DNA of 64,000 nt from an uncultured Alphaproteobacteria bacterium (GTDB lineage Bacteria; Pseudomonadota; Alphaproteobacteria; Rhizobiales; Rhizobiaceae), in the NCBI GenBank assembly GCA_963846345.1, contig CAWJVP010000004.1, positions 311,848 through 375,847 on the forward strand. The letters are read 5' to 3'. A model generated the notes under the pieces. The model did no database searches. It was not told the origin of the DNA and worked only from the letters and a program-made list of their open reading frames with translations. Of the stretch, positions 14,130 to 27,488 are shown piece after piece; the first letter of the stretch is position 1, and each line of letters opens with the position of its first letter. A program made the position numbers and the translations under genes.

Positions 14130-17100
14130 ATGGAGGCGACACGCGTGACGGCCGATCCGCAAGACAGCACCGCAGCGGGGCGGGTTTTTTCCATTGCTCC
14201 GGGAGCGCCGTTCCTGAAGGTGCTGGCCCGTTCGCTGGTCGATGGCGAACTTGTGCCAGGCTTCGTGCCGCGAAGCGACCCGCTGCTGCTTGCCGACGCC
14301 ACCATCTACCTGCCGACCCGGCGGGCCGCCCGTGCGCTCGCTGCCGAATTCATTGACGCCTTCGGCGGCGGCGCAGCCCTGCTGCCGGTGATCCGTACGC
14401 TGGGCGACGGCGATGGGGACGAGTTCGATTTCGCAGCCATCGAGGCCGAACACCCCGAACTGCCGCCGCCGATCGGCGATCTCGAAAGGCGGCTGCATCT
14501 TGCCCGGCTGGTCCGCGGCTGGACAAACGCCTTGTCGCATGCCAAGCGCGACCTCTTCAAGGACGAGGACATCGCGGTTCCCTCTTCCGCAGCCGACGCA
14601 ATCCGCATGGCGGCGGACCTTTCCCGGCTGATGGATTCCATGTCGACCGAGGAAGTCGGGCCAAGATCGCTTGCGGGTCTTTCGGGCACGATGGCAGCGG
14701 ACGAAATGCCGGAACGCTGGGCGCAATGGTGGAATTATACGCTCCATTTCCTCACAATCGTGACGGAAAGCTGGCCGCCTTCCTTGACGAGATCGGCCGC
14801 AGCGACCCGGCCATCCACCGGGGCATGCTGCTCGACCTGCGCACCCGGCGGCTGCTACGCAAGGCGCGACGAGCGGGCCGGTGATCGCCGCCGGTTCGAC
14901 CGGATCGATCCCGGCGACGGCGCGGCTGATCGCGGCCATTGCCGCCTCGCTAAGGGCGCGGTCGTGCTTCCCGGCGTCGATCTCTCGCTCGACGAGGCGA
15001 CATGGGAAATGCTGGCACGGCCCGATGCGGAAGGCGCCATCGCGGCGCATCCGCAGTTCGGACTGGCGCGCCTGCTGAAGGCGATCGGCATCGATCGCGG
15101 CGCGGTCCGCGAACTTGGCAAGGCAACGGCGCACGAGCGGATCGCGGATGTGTCAGCGGGCATTGTTGCCCGCTTCGAGGACAGGACTTTGGGCGGACAG
15201 GACGCCGCCCGCCGACCACGGCGAGATCGGCGGCGCAGCGCTGGTGGAGGCGCCGGACAACCGCCTTGAGGCGCTGGCCATTGCGATTGCCCTGCGCGAG
15301 ACGCTGGAGACGCCCGGCCGGACAGCAGCGCTTGTCACGCCCGACCGGATGCTGGCGCAGCGCGTCTCGGCGGAACTCTCGCGCTTCGGCATCGCCATCG
15401 ACGACAGCGCCGGGACGCCGCTTGCGCACAGCGCGGCCGGTCGGCTTCGCGCGCCTCGCGTTGGCCGCCTGCTGCCGGACCCGGCAGACCCGGTGACGCT
15501 TGCCGCGCTCGTCAAGCACCCCGTGCTTTGCGGCGCGGCCGGACAGCCGCGAAGCGCGGATCGCGCGCCTTTTCGAGCTTGCGGCCCTGCGCGACGCGAT
15601 CATCGTTCCGTCGCCCGGGCAGCTTGGCGGCAGCCGCCCGCTTCGCCTTCGCGGCAGGTGACAAGAACCCGCATGCGCCTGCCGTGGTCCGAGATGCCCT
15701 GCCGGACGAGCGGGCGGCGGTAGAGGCGCTGGGAGCATTCCTCGACGCGGCGTTGTCGCCATTGACCGCCATTGCGAAGCGCGGGCGCGCCGGTACCGGT
15801 AGTCAGCGATGTTCGAGGCCTTGCGGCTTGCGCTCGCGGCGCTTGTGACGGGACGGGAACAGACCTTTTTCGGGCTTGCCGGCGCGATCGAATTGCAGCG
15901 GCTCTTCGACAGTTTCAGCGCCATGGACCCGGCCGGCGAGCCGTCGCTTCTGCTTGAAATTGCGCCCGATGAATTTCCCGACATCTTCGATGCGCTGATC
16001 GCCACCGAAACCGTGCGCGACGTTCGTGCCCATCATCCAAGGCTGGCGATCCTCGGCCCGCTGGAGGCGCGGCTGCAACATTTCGACCGGATCATCCTTG
16101 GCGGTCTCAACGAGGGCGGCTGGCCCGGACAGGCCCGCAACGACCCCTTCCTCAACCGTCCGATGAAGGCGGAGATCGGCCTTTCGACGCCCGAACGGCG
16201 GATCGGGCAGGCGGCACATGATTTCCAGCAATTGAGCGGGCTTGGCGAGGTGATCTACACGCGCTCGCTGCGGGCAGAGGGCGCGCCGACCGTGGCATCG
16301 CGCTGGCTGCAAAGGCTGGCGGTGGTCGCCGGCGAACAAGGCGCAAAGCGGATGCGGGCGGCCGGTTCGCGTTACCTGGCGCTGGCGCAGGCGGTGGACG
16401 AGACGGAGGCAGCCAAGGGCGGCGCGCACTACCCGGCCTAACCCCAAGCCGCCCATCGAATTGCGGCCGACAAAGCTTTCGGTGACGGAAATCGAGACCT
16501 GGATCCGCGACCCCTACGCCATCCATGCCAAGCATGTGCTGGACCTGCGGCCGTTGCCGCCGCTGGAGCGTCGAAGCCGATGCGCTGATGCGCGGCCAGC
16601 TTTACCACACGATCCTCGCCCGCCACGTCAGGGCGCGGACAACAGCCTTGCCGCGCTGGAGGCAATCGCACGCGAAGTTTTCGCGAAGAACAATGTCCCG
16701 CCCGAAGTCGCCGCGACCTGGCTGCCCCGCTTCATGGCGGTGGCGCGGCTGTTCGTCGAATGGGAGGCGGAGCGCGCAGGCAAGGTTGCATCCAGCCATT
16801 GCGAGATCAGCGGACGGATCGCCGTCGGCAATACCGGCTTTACCTTGAGCGGCCGGGCCGACCGGATCGACATGATGATCGACGGTACGCTTTCGGTCAT
16901 CGACTACAAGACCGGTCTCAAACCGTCGAACAAGCAGGCGCGCAACCTCTCGCCGCAGCTGGCCCTTGAAGGCCGGATGGCCGAACTCGGCGCTTTCAAG
17001 CTGCCGGCAGGCAAGAAGGCCGGCGACCTTGCCTATGTGCGGCTGCGCAATGGCGACCGGCTGCGGGTGGATCACATCTGCAACGGCAAGGATCAGATCG

Positions 17101-17288
17101 ATCCGTCGGAACTTGCAGAGGCACTGTGGAAGGAACTGCAGCGGCTCATCATAAAGTTCCAGGATCCTGAATGGGGCTACATCTCGCGGCGCGCGCCATC
17201 ACAAGAGGGCGATGTCAGCGGCGACTACGACCATCTGGCGCGGGTGCGCGAATGGTCGAGCGGCGATCCGGAGAATGGCGATGAGTGA
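14130..17288 (+). pseudogene. addB: Double-strand break repair protein AddB (alphaproteobacterial type); several frame breaks as sequenced
   Basis: N-terminus RVFSIAPGAPFLKVLARSLVDGEL (14130..15269). Pieces in 15115..15723 and 15809..16441. C-terminal PD-(D/E)XK part GRADRIDMMIDGTLSVIDYKTG (16461..17288). Overlaps the addA start. Confidence 0.85.
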
Positions 17289-20200
17289 GCGCCCGGAAAT
17301 TCCGCTGGAAACGACGGCAGGCGCAGGCCGACGCAACGCATCCGCAGCATTCGGCATGGGTCTCGGCCAATGCCGGTTCGGGCAAGACCTTCGTGCTGAC
17401 GCGGCGCGTCATCCGGCTTTTGCTGTCCGGCGTCGCGCCATCGAAGATCCTGTGCCTGACCTATACCAAGGCCGCGGCGGCGGAAATGTCGAACCGCGTT
17501 TTCGGCACGCTCGGCAAATGGGCCGCGCTGGACAATGCCAAGCTGCGCGAAGAACTTGAGGACGTGACCGGCGAACCGCCTTCGACGCGGGATCTCGAAC
17601 GCGCGCGCACGCTGTTTGCCCTTTCGCTGGACAGCCCCGGCGGCCTGCGCATCCAGACCATCCACGGCTTTTGCGAGGCGCTGCTGCACCAGTTTCCGCT
17701 GGAAGCCAATGTGTCCGGCCATTTCGAGGTAATCGACGAGGCCACGCAGGAAGCATTGCTCGCCGAGGCGCGGCGGCAAGTTATCCTGGAGATGGATACT
17801 GGCGCGCGAAACGTGGAATTGGGCAAGGCCTGGGGACAACTCCTCGATCTCGCGTCGGACGACGGCATCGAGAAGGCGCTGGCGGAACTCACGGCAAAAC
17901 GCGAGGCTTTCCTTGAATGGACGGGCGAGGGCATCGCCGCAGCCATGGAGCCGCTGTGGCGGCATCACGGCATCGCCCCGCAGACGCGCGACATCGACCT
18001 CATGCGCGAAGGGCTGGCGCAAAGCGGGTTCAGCGCGGCGGAACTGCCACTGGCTTCGCCGAAATTCGCCTGGCGAGCCGGCAAGACACGACCAGGCGAT
18101 CGGCGCGTGCTGAGCCAGTTTGTCGTGATCGCAAAGCGATTCGCAGGCAGCGGTTCTGCCTTGTCGTCCAAATGTTCCTGACGGAGAAGAAGCGGGCGAA
18201 AAGCGACGAGAATCCATTCTCACGCCGGCCGTGACGCAAGCAGCATCCCGGCCTCGCTGAAAAACTCGATCGTGAAAAACAAGTGGTCTTTAGCCAGCTA
18301 AAGCGGTTGCAGGCGTTTCGCACATTGGCCGCTTCGCAGGCGCTGTTCGAGGTCGGGCACGAGATACTTCTGCGCTATCTCTCGTTGAAAAGGCAGCGGG
18401 GCCTTGCCGATTTCAGTGATCTCATCGGCGCGACCGTCAACCTGCTGGCCCGCTCGCAAATGCGGCACTGGGTGCAATACAAGCTCGACCGCGGCATCGA
18501 CCACGTGCTTGTCGACGAGGCGCAGGATACCAGCCCGGCGCAGTGGGAAATTGTCAGGGCGCTGACGGACGATTTCCATTCCGGTGCAGGCGCGGGCGGC
18601 AAGGTGCGGACGGTGTTCGCGGTGGGAGACGAGAAACAGTCGATCTACTCCTTCCAGGGCGCCGACCCGCGCAAGTTCTCCGCCGAGGCGGAAGAACTGA
18701 AGCGGCGGACAATGCTTGCAGGGCTCGAATTCAAGTCGGTGCCGCTGAAACTTTCCTTCCGGTCTGCCCCCGACGTGCTGATGGCGGTCGATACGGTTTT
18801 CGAGGTGGAGGAAAATTTCCGCGGCCTGAGCCATACGGAAACGCGGACCGTGCACCAATCGGTGCGCATGCGCGACCCGGGCGACGTGTGGATCTGGCCG
18901 CTCATCGGCATGGTGAAAAAGCCGGAACCCGAGTCCTGGCTGGAACCGCTCGACCATGTCGGCGACGACCATCCGGCCGAGACGCTGGCGCGCCGGATCG
19001 CGGGCACGATCAAGGGCTGGATTTCGCGCGGCGAGAAGCTGCCCGGACGTGACCGGCCGATCCGATGCGGCGACATCCTCATCCTGGTGCGCAAGCGCGA
19101 CACATTCTCGACTGCGGTCATTCGCCGGCTAAAGGAACAGGGGCTGGAGATCGCCGGGGCGGACCGGCTCAAGCTGACAGAGCACATCGCGGTGGAGGAT
19201 CTGATCGCACTCGGCCGCTACATGCTGACGCCGGAGGACGACCTTTCGCTGGCGGGCGTGCTCAAGAGCCCGCTGTTCGGCTTCGACGACGACGATTTGA
19301 TCGCGCTCGCGGCCCGGCGCGACGGCGAGCCGCTGCATGATCACCTTGCGCTGCTGGCGGAAGACAAGGGCCACCCCTATGCGGCCCGCGCGGCAGGGGC
19401 ACAGCAAGTGCTGGAGGGCTGGCGCGCCATGGCGCTGAGCGCCACGCCCTATGGCTTCTACGCGCAGGTGCTTGGGCGCGGCGGCGGGCGGAGGGCATTT
19501 CTCTCGCGCCTGGGCACCGAGGCGGGCGACGTGCTCGACGCATTCGAGCAGGCAGCGCTCGATCACATGAAAGGCGGCGGCAAGGGGCTTGAAGATTTCA
19601 TCGCCGCGCTGACCCGCGCATCGCCCGATATCAAGCGCGAGGTCGATACGCGCGAGGACAAGATCAGGGTCATCACGGTCCATTCGGCCAAGGGGCTTGA
19701 AGCGCCGATCGTGTTCCTGGTCGATCCCTGCACGCCGGCCTTCGGCAGCCATCACCGCAAGAAGATCGTCGAGCCGGAACTGGACGGCACGCGGCATTTC
19801 CTGTGGGCGGCAGCGGGGCGCGATGCGTCGCCACTGATCACGGCGGAGGACGAACGGGCAGAGGCGGAGGCGGCCGAGGAATACCGCCGCCTGCTTTATG
19901 TCGGCATGACCCGCGCCGCCGATCGGCTGATCCTGTGCGGCTGGCACAAGTTGAGGCCGCCAACGCCGCCGCATTGGCACTCGATGGTCATGAATGCCCT
20001 CGCCCCCACGAGTACCGAGATCGATACGGGGGATGGCTGGAGCTATCACCGCTGGACGGCGCGCGACGAAAACACCGTTTCGATGCGCCGCGAGGTGCCG
20101 CTGAAGCCAGGATGACCCTTCGACGGAAGTAACTGCGGGCCAGGAGGCGCCGCCGCGCTGGCTCACCGCGCCGGCGCGGCGCGAGCCGGCAATACCGCGT

Positions 20201-20836
20201 CCGCTGACGCCGTCGGGCGCAGCGGCGCTGGTTCCGGGCGTGGAAGCCGCCACCGAGGGGACGGGCGCGACGTTCGACGCAACTCTCATCGCCGCAGCGG
20301 ATGCCGCCCGCCGCTTCGCGCTCGAACGTGGCACGATCACCCACAGGCTTTTGCAATTGCTGCCGGACGTTGAGCCGGCTAATCGTCAGACAATTGCCAA
20401 CGCAGTATTGAACCGGGAGGCCGCGCATTGGCCCTTGGCCGAGCGCGACGCGGCGCTTGGCGAGGTCTTTGCCCTGCTGGGCGATCCCGCGCATGCCACT
20501 CTCTTCGGTCCCCGCAGCCGCGCGGAAGCCAATGTCGCGGGCAATGTCAGGATCGGCGGGCGCGAAGTGCTTGTAACGGGGCAGATCGACCGGCTCGCCG
20601 TCACGCAAGGCCGCGTCGAGATCGCCGACTACAAGACGAACCGCGAGATACCCGCATCGGGCGAGGACGCGCCGCTGGCTTATGTGCTGCAGCTGGGACT
20701 TTACCGCGAATTGATGCGCCAGATCTATCCGGGCCGCGAGATTGCCTGCCGGCTGATCTGGACCCGAAATGGCACCGTCACGCCGGTGGGCGATGGTGCG
20801 ATGGACCGGGCGCTTGCGGCCATGACGATCGTGTGA
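17285..20836 (+). pseudogene. addA: Double-strand break repair helicase-nuclease AddA; frame breaks at about 18.1-18.3 kb and 20.1-20.2 kb
   Basis: UvrD motif I VSANAGSGKTFVLTRRVIRLL (17285..18181). VDEAQDTSPAQWEIV and TVHSAKGLEAPIVFL (18283..20115). Nuclease motif GQIDRLAVTQGRVEIADYKTN (20240..20836). Confidence 0.9.
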
Positions 20837-20884
20837 GGCATCCGGGACGACGTTGACTGGACGGCGCGGCGCAACTAACTTCAT

Positions 20885-20913
20885 CTTGAAATATTATCAA
20901 TCGCTAATATATA
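20885..20913 (+). promoter_or_regulatory. Candidate sigma70-type promoter of trxA
   Basis: CTTGAA (20885..20890), a 17-nt spacer, then TATATA (20908..20913), about 50 nt upstream of the trxA ATG. Resembles the rhizobial CTTGAC-N17-CTATAT consensus. Confidence 0.35.
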
Positions 20914-20961
20914 AACCCGCAATGGGTTGAGCCGCGGGATGCGGCCGAAGGAGAGAGCAGC

Positions 20962-21283
20962 ATGGCAACGGTGAAAGTCGACAAGAGCAATTTCAAGTCG
21001 GACGTCCTTGATTCCAATGTCCCGGTCGTTGTCGACTTCTGGGCCGAGTGGTGCGGACCGTGCAAGATGATCGGCCCGAGCCTCGAGGAAATCGCCAACG
21101 AGATGGCGGGCAAGGTCAAGATCACCAAGCTGAATGTCGACGAGAACCAGGATCTGGCGGCGCAGTATGGCGTGCGGTCGATCCCGACGCTTGATGGTTT
21201 TCAAGAACGGCGAACCGGCGGCGATGAAGGTCGGCGCGCTGCCCAAGAGCGCGCTCAGCGACTGGATCAAGAGCGCAAGCTGA
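20962..21283 (+). pseudogene. trxA: Thioredoxin; single frame slip as sequenced
   Basis: [23 protein letters not shown] (WCGPC site) in 20962..21453. After a slip at 21191..21194 (CTTG) the C-terminus [32 protein letters not shown] (21281..21283) reads in the next frame. Confidence 0.9.
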
Positions 21284-21306
21284 GTTTGCAGGCTTTTCAA
21301 CACGAA

Positions 21307-21337
21307 CCCCGGACAGCGAGTGTCCGGGGCTTTTTTG
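21307..21337. terminator. Hairpin terminator between convergent trxA and folC
   Basis: CCCCGGACA (21307..21315) / TGTCCGGGG (21321..21329), 5-nt loop, then CTTTTTTG. Confidence 0.7.
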
Positions 21338-21340
21338 TGT

Positions 21341-22661
21341 CTATTGCGGCGCTTCGCCGTTTTCGCGCAGCACTTCGCCGACGAGGTAGAGCGAGCCGCA
21401 GATCAGGATGCGGCAGGGTTCGCCGGGGCGAAGCATGCCGTCAATGGCCTTGAGCGCGTCCTCGACCGACAGGCAGGGATGGGCGTCGAGCCCGCATTCG
21501 CCCGCGATACGGGCCAGCTCACGTTCGTCAAAGCCCTGCTCGCTGTCATGGATGGGAACGGTGAACAGGCGCTCCACCAGTCCTTCAAAGGCGCGGAAGA
21601 AACCGGCGGGGTCCTTGGTCATCAACATGCCGGCAATGACGAAGACCGGCATCGGCGCGCGTTCTTCAAGATTGGCGAGCTCCGAGGCGATCACTTCCCC
21701 GGCTGCCGGGTTGTGGCCGCCGTCGATCCACAATTCGCTGCGCGCGGGCGCCAGCGCCTGCAACGGCCCCGGCTTCAGCCGCTCCATGCGGCCGGGCCAG
21801 CGTACCGTTTCCATGCCGGTCTCGAAGGCGCTGTCGGGCAGGTCCAGCCCGGCGAAGCGCAATGCGGCGATCGCCGTGGCGGCGTTGGCGAACTGGTGCT
21901 GGCCGCGAAGGCGCGGCAGCGGCAGGTCGAGCAGGCCCTGTTCGTCCTGGTAGACCAGGCGCCCGCCCTGTTCGTGGAAGGAAAAGTCCTGCCCGGCGAA
22001 CCAGGCCGGCGCGCGCCGCTCGCGGGCCGTCTTCTCCAGCACTTCGGTGACCTTGTCGAGCTGGGGCGAAACGACCACCGGACGGCCCGGCTTGATGATG
22101 CCGGCCTTTTCGAAGGCGATCAGTTCCTCGCGGTCGCCGAGATTGCGCCATGTGATCGAGCGCGATGGAGGTGATGACCGACACCAGCGGCTTGTCGATG
22201 ACGTTGGTGGCGTCGAAGCGGCCGCCAAGGCCGACCTCGATGATGCAGTAATCGGCGGGATGTTCGGAAAACAGCACGAACATCGCCGCCGTCAGGATTT
22301 CGAAAACGGTGATCGGCGCGCCGTCATTGGCTTGCGCCACGCGGGCGATCGTCGACTTCCAGCAGCGCGTCGGAGACAAGCCTGCCGCCGCCGGGTGCGC
22401 CGAGCCGGTAGCGTTCGTGCCAGTTCACCAGATGCGGCGAGGTGTGGACATGCACGCGTCTTGCCGGCGGCTTCCAGGATCGCGCGACAGAAGGCCGAGG
22501 TCGAGCCCTTGCCGTTGGTGCCGGCCACGTGGATCACCGGCGGGAATGCGCAATTGCGGATTGCCCAGCGCCTCGAGCAGGCGGAGGATGCGCTCGAGCG
22601 AGAGGTCGAAGCCCTTGGGATGAATTGCCGAGAGCGCGTCGATGAGGCTTGCCGCGCTCAT
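21341..22661 (-). pseudogene. folC: Bifunctional folylpolyglutamate synthase/dihydrofolate synthase; N-terminal third frame-broken as sequenced
   Basis: The C-terminal 295 aa are intact (21341..22228). P-loop IHVAGTNGKGSTSAF (22292..22537). N-terminus MSAASLIDALSAIHPKGFDLSLERI (22425..22688, start 22661). Confidence 0.85.
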
Positions 22662-22730
22662 TTCAATCCGCCTGGATAGAGGAAACATCGGTGGTTCGCG
22701 CCGCAGGATGCGGCAAAGATCCGCTCCGCG

Positions 22731-23659
22731 TCAGCTTGCCTGCGCCATTGGCTCCGCCATGGGCGTCACGGGCTCCGGACGATAGTCGAGGAGGATCGGC
22801 TCCACGGGGCGTTTTGTGCAGCATTCCGCACGAGCTGCGAGATCGTGTCCTTCAGATCCTTGCGCGGCACCACCATGTCGACCATGCCGTGTTCGCGCAG
22901 ATATTCTGCCGTCTGGAAACCCTCCGGCAGCTTCTCGCGGATCGTCTGCTCGATGACGCGCTGGCCGGCAAAGCCGATCGACCGCGCCCGGCTCGGCAAT
23001 GTGGATGTCGCCCAGCATGGCGTAGGAGGCCGAGACGCCGCCGGTGGTCGGGTTGGTCAGCACGACGATGTAGGGCAGGCCGGCCTCCTTCAGCATGCTC
23101 GACCGCAACCGTGGTGCGCGGCAGCTGCATCAGCGACAGGATGCCTTCCTGCATGCGGGCGCCGCCCGAGGCGGCGAACAGCACGACGGGGCAGCTTGTC
23201 GCTCGATGGCAACGTCCATCGCCTTGATGATCACCTCGCCGGCAGCCATGCCGAGCGAGCCGCCCATGAAGCGAATGTCATGGACGATGGCGACCATTTC
23301 GATGCCGCCGCACTTGCCGCGGCCCGCGAGCACCGAATCTTCCATGCCGGTCTTGCGGCGATGTTCCTTGAGCCGGTCGGTATAGCGCTTCTTGTCGCGG
23401 AATTTCAGCGGATCGGCGCCACCTTCGGCGGGTCGATCAGGCTCGTACTCGCCATCGTCGAAGAAATAGCCCAGCCGCTCCTTCGCGGTGATCTCATGTG
23501 GTAGCCGGAATTGGGGATCACCCCCATGTTGGCTTCCAGATCCTTGTGGAAGACCATCTCGCCGGTCTCGGGACACTTGATCCAGAGGTTCTCCGGCATC
23601 TCCTTGCGCTGCAGGAGGCTGTTGATCTTCGGGCGGACGTAATTGGTAATCCAGTTCAT
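22731..23659 (-). pseudogene. accD: Acetyl-CoA carboxylase carboxyltransferase beta subunit; many frame breaks as sequenced
   Basis: [42 protein letters not shown] (23405..23659), [12 protein letters not shown] (23130..23576), [32 protein letters not shown] (22731..23108), [33 protein letters not shown] (22766..22999). Confidence 0.9.
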
Positions 23660-23777
23660 GGCATCTCTCGCGGCGCCGGTCAGCGGCGCAGATTCACTGC
23701 TCAGGCTTATTGCAGCAAGGCATGGCCGTATTGCGACGGAGCGGCGGCGCGGTCAAGCGCCAAAGCCGCGTTGCCGG

Positions 23778-24616
23778 TCAAGCTGCGCTCAGTGCTGTCG
23801 CCTTTTTGACGCCGGCCGCCAATTCGCGCACGAGGCTGTCGACCGCGCCTACCGTGCCGGCCGTTGCATGGCCGTTTTCGTCGAGCGTGCCGGCAATCGC
23901 GGAGACGATCGCCGAGCCGACCACGACCCCGTCGCGCCGCTGCGCCGATGGCCGCGCGCCTGCTCGGCGGTCCTGACGCCGAAGCCGACCGCAGACCGGC
24001 AGATCGGTTGCCTTGATGCGCGCGACCATGGCGGCGACCTTGGCCGGATCCGGCGCGGCCGAACCGGTGATGCCGGTGATCGAGACGTAGTAGACGAAGC
24101 CGGAAGTGTTCTGCAGCACCGTCGGCAGGCGCTTGTCGTCGGTGGTCGGCGTGGCCAGGCGGATGAAATTGAGCCCGGCCTTCATCGCCGGGATGCACAA
24201 CTCGCTCGTCTCCTCCGGCGGCAGATCGACGATGATCAACCCGTCGACGCCGGCCGCCTTGGCATCGGCGAGGAAGCGTTCGACGCCATAGATGTAGATC
24301 GGGTTGTAGTAGCCCATCAGCACGATCGGCGTGTCTCGTCGCTCTTGCGGAAGTCGCGCACCATTTCGAGCGTCTTGTCCAGGTCTGGCCGCCTTCAGCG
24401 CCCGCTGGCCGGCCATCTGGATCGCCGGACCGTCGGCCATCGGATCGGAAAACGGCATGCCGAGTTCGATGACATCGGCGCCGGCCGCCGGCAGCGCCTG
24501 CATGATCGCCAGCGAGGTTTCGTAGTCGGGATCGCCGGCCATGACAAAGGTGACGAGCGCCGGGCGGCCGATCGTTCTTGAGTTCGCGCGAAGCGGGTGT
24601 CGATGCGTGTGGTCAT
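23778..24616 (-). pseudogene. trpA: Tryptophan synthase alpha chain; frame broken near the 5' end and mid-gene
   Basis: [10 protein letters not shown] (24395..24616). [47 protein letters not shown] and [12 protein letters not shown] in 23778..24983. Confidence 0.9.
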
Positions 24617-24628
24617 TTGCAGTTCCGC

Positions 24629-25861
24629 TCACAGGCTCATGCCGAGGATCTTGCCGACGGTGAAGATGTCCTTGTCGCCGCGGCCGCAGAGATTCATCAC
24701 GATGATCTGGTCCTTGCCCATCTTCGGCGCGCGCTTGATGACTTCGGCGAGCGCATGGGCGGGTTCGAGCGCCGGGATGATGCCTTCGAGCGCGGGTCAG
24801 CAGCTGGAAGGCCTCGAGCGCCTCGTCGTCCATGATCGGCACATATTCGACGCGGCCGGTGTCCTTCAGCCAGGAATGTTCCGGGCCGATGCCGGGATAG
24901 TCGAGACCGGCCGAGATCGAATGGCCTTCCTTGATCTGGCCGTCGCCGTCCTGCAGCAGATAGGTGCGGTTGCCGTGCAGCACGCCGGGGCGAGCCGGCG
25001 GTCAGCGAGGCGCAGTGCTCCTCGCCGTCAAGGCCCTGGCCGCCGGCTTCGACGCCGACGATCCGCGACGTCCTTGTCGTCGAGGAAGGGATGGAACAGG
25101 CCGATGGCATTCGAGCCGCCGCCGACGGCCGCGACCAGCATGTCGGGCAGGCGGCCTTCGGCGGCCATGCATCTGCTCGCGGGTTTCGCGGCCGATCACC
25201 GACTGGAAGTCGCGCACCATTTCCGGATAGGGATGCGGGCCGGCTGCCGTGCCGATCATGTAGTAGGTGTCGTCGACATTGGTGACCCAGTCGCGCAGCG
25301 CCTCGTTCATCGCGTCCTTCAGCGTGCCGTGCGCCGGCGGTGACCGGGTACGACTTCGGCGCCGAGCAGCTTCATGCGGAAGACGTTGGGCGCCTGGCGC
25401 TCGACGTCGGTCGCGCCCATGTAGACGACGCAGGGCAAGCCGAAGCGGGCCGAGACCGTCGCGGACGCAACGCCGTGCTGGCCGGCGCCGGTTTCGGCGA
25501 TGATGCGCGTCTTGCCCATGCGCTTGGCGAGCAGGATCTGGCCGAGGCAGTTGTTGATCTTGTGGCTGCCGGTGTGGTTCAGCTCGTCGCGCTTGAAGTA
25601 GATCTTCGCGCCGCCGAGATGCTCGGTCAGCCGCTCGGCGAAATAGAGCGGCGACGGGCCGGCCGGTGTAGTGCGTGTTGAGATGCGTCGAGTTCGGCCT
25701 TGAAGGCCGGATCGGCCTTGGCCGCCGTTGTAGGCGCTGCTCCAGTTCGAGGATCAGCGGCATCAGCGTTTCGGCGACGAAACGGCCGCCGAAAATGCCG
25801 AACATGGCCTGCTCGTCCGGCCCGGTGCGGAAGGAATTGGGTTCTGCAATGCCTTGTTCAC
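24629..25861 (-). pseudogene. trpB: Tryptophan synthase beta chain; many frame breaks as sequenced
   Basis: [34 protein letters not shown] (hand-read / 25002..25805), [48 protein letters not shown] (25319..25519), [37 protein letters not shown] (23778..24983). Confidence 0.9.
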
Positions 25862-25862
25862 G

Positions 25863-26548
25863 CTAACCCACCTTGCTCTTGCGGACGCCGTGCGCCCCTG
25901 TTTTTCCGCCTCGCGCACCAGCGCGAAAAACTGCCTTGATCAGCCCGGCATCCTTGACGCCCGGCGCGCTTTCGACACCGGACGAAACGTCGATGCCGCC
26001 GGCGCTGCGTATTGCGAATCGCATCCGCCGACATTGCGCGGCATTGAGCCCACCGGAAAGCATGTAGTCGAAGCGTCCGTCAAGGCCGTCAAGCAGCGAC
26101 CAGTCGAAGGAAACGCCGTTGCCGCCCGGCAGATCGGCGCCCTTCGGCGGCTTGGCGTCGAACAGGAACCGGTCTGCAATGCCCAGATAGGGCGCGGCGG
26201 CGGCAAGTCGGCCGCTTCGCGGATGGAAAGCGCCTTCATCACCGGAAGGCCGTGCCGCAGCTTCAATTGCGCCACGCGCTCCGGCGTTTCCGCGCCATGC
26301 AATTGCAGCATGTCGGGCGCATGACGTCGACGATATCGTCCAGAAACGCATCGGTCGGCGTCGACGGTGACGGCAACGCCCGAGAGTCGGCCGCGCACCT
26401 TGTCGAACAACGCGCGCGCCGTTTGCGCCGACACGTTTCGCGGGCTTTTTTCAAAGAAGATGAATCCGACATGGCTCGCCCCGCCCTCAAGGGCGGCGGC
26501 GACGTGTTCCGGCTCTTTCAGCCCGCAGATCTTGACGTCGAGCGGCAT
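25863..26548 (-). pseudogene. trpF: Phosphoribosylanthranilate isomerase; frame broken as sequenced
   Basis: MPLDVKICGLKEPEHVAAALEGGASHVGFIFFEKSPRNV (25940..26548). GGIDVSSGVESAPGVKDAGLIKA (25863..26351). Confidence 0.85.
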
Positions 26549-26611
26549 GGCTTCCTTTATCCGACAGGGAAAGACACCTGCCAGAAATCCGCAGCCAAGT
26601 CCATGAAAAGA

Positions 26612-27379
26612 CTATTGCGGCTCGATGGCGTGCAGGCGGGCGCCGTTGCGCTTGAGCCAGGCCTTGTGCTTTTCCATCTGCGGGCAAAGCTTGCGCACCA
26701 GCGCCCAGAATTTCGGGCTGTGGTTCATCTCGCGCAGATGCGCCACCTCATGGGCGGCCAGATAGTCCAGCACTTCCGGCGGCGCCATGACGATGCGCCA
26801 CGAGAAGGAAAGCGTGCGCGTGGTCGAACACGACCCCCAGCGCGTCGTGGTGTCGGTGATGCGGATGGACTTGGCGCGGACGCCAAGTTCAGCGGCGTGG
26901 CGTGCGACTGCGGCGTCCAGCTCCTTGCGGGCCTGCCGCTTCAGGAATGCCCCGACCTTGCGCCCCACGCCATCGGCCTCGCCTGGCACGATCAGCGAAG
27001 GTTTGCCGGCAAATTGCCCGGCCTCGACAATGCCGCGCAGCTTCTTCGAATGCACGATGCGGTGGTCGACGCCCATGTATGGAATGGTCGCGCCGGCGCG
27101 TGCCGCAACGGGCTCGGGCAACCGCTCGAGCCGCACCGCGACCCAGTTGCGGTTGCGGGCAATGAAATGATCGACCTGTGAATCGCTGACATGCGGCGGG
27201 ATGGTCACCCGCAGCGATTTTCCGCCCGGAACGATGCGCAAGGTCAGCCTCGTGGCACGCGCATTTTCGACAACCATCACGGGGAGCGTGCGCCCGCAGG
27301 CCTCGACCTGCCGTTCCCGGCGCGGCTGGCGCGGATTTCGACGCATGAGCGCGGAAAAGACCATCGAACCGGCTCCCAT
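26612..27379 (-). CDS. DUF45/YgjP-like zinc metallohydrolase
   Basis: Intact ORF 26612..27439. HExxH in YLAAHEVAHLREMNHSPKFWALV near the C-terminus. The start (27379 or 27364) is uncertain. Confidence 0.7.
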   Translation of the reverse strand: MGAGSMVFSALMRRNPRQPRRERQVEACGRTLPVMVVENARATRLTLRIVPGGKSLRVTIPPHVSDSQVDHFIARNRNWVAVRLERLPEPVAARAGATIPYMGVDHRIVHSKKLRGIVEAGQFAGKPSLIVPGEADGVGRKVGAFLKRQARKELDAAVARHAAELGVRAKSIRITDTTTRWGSCSTTRTLSFSWRIVMAPPEVLDYLAAHEVAHLREMNHSPKFWALVRKLCPQMEKHKAWLKRNGARLHAIEPQ

Positions 27380-27488
27380 GGACCCCTCCGGACAATGCCG
27401 GCTACGGTCTTTGGTTTCATCATACCCGATTCTTCGCACGGCGAAACGATGATCGCCCGGGCGCGCAAGCCCTTGTGCTTAAACGGGA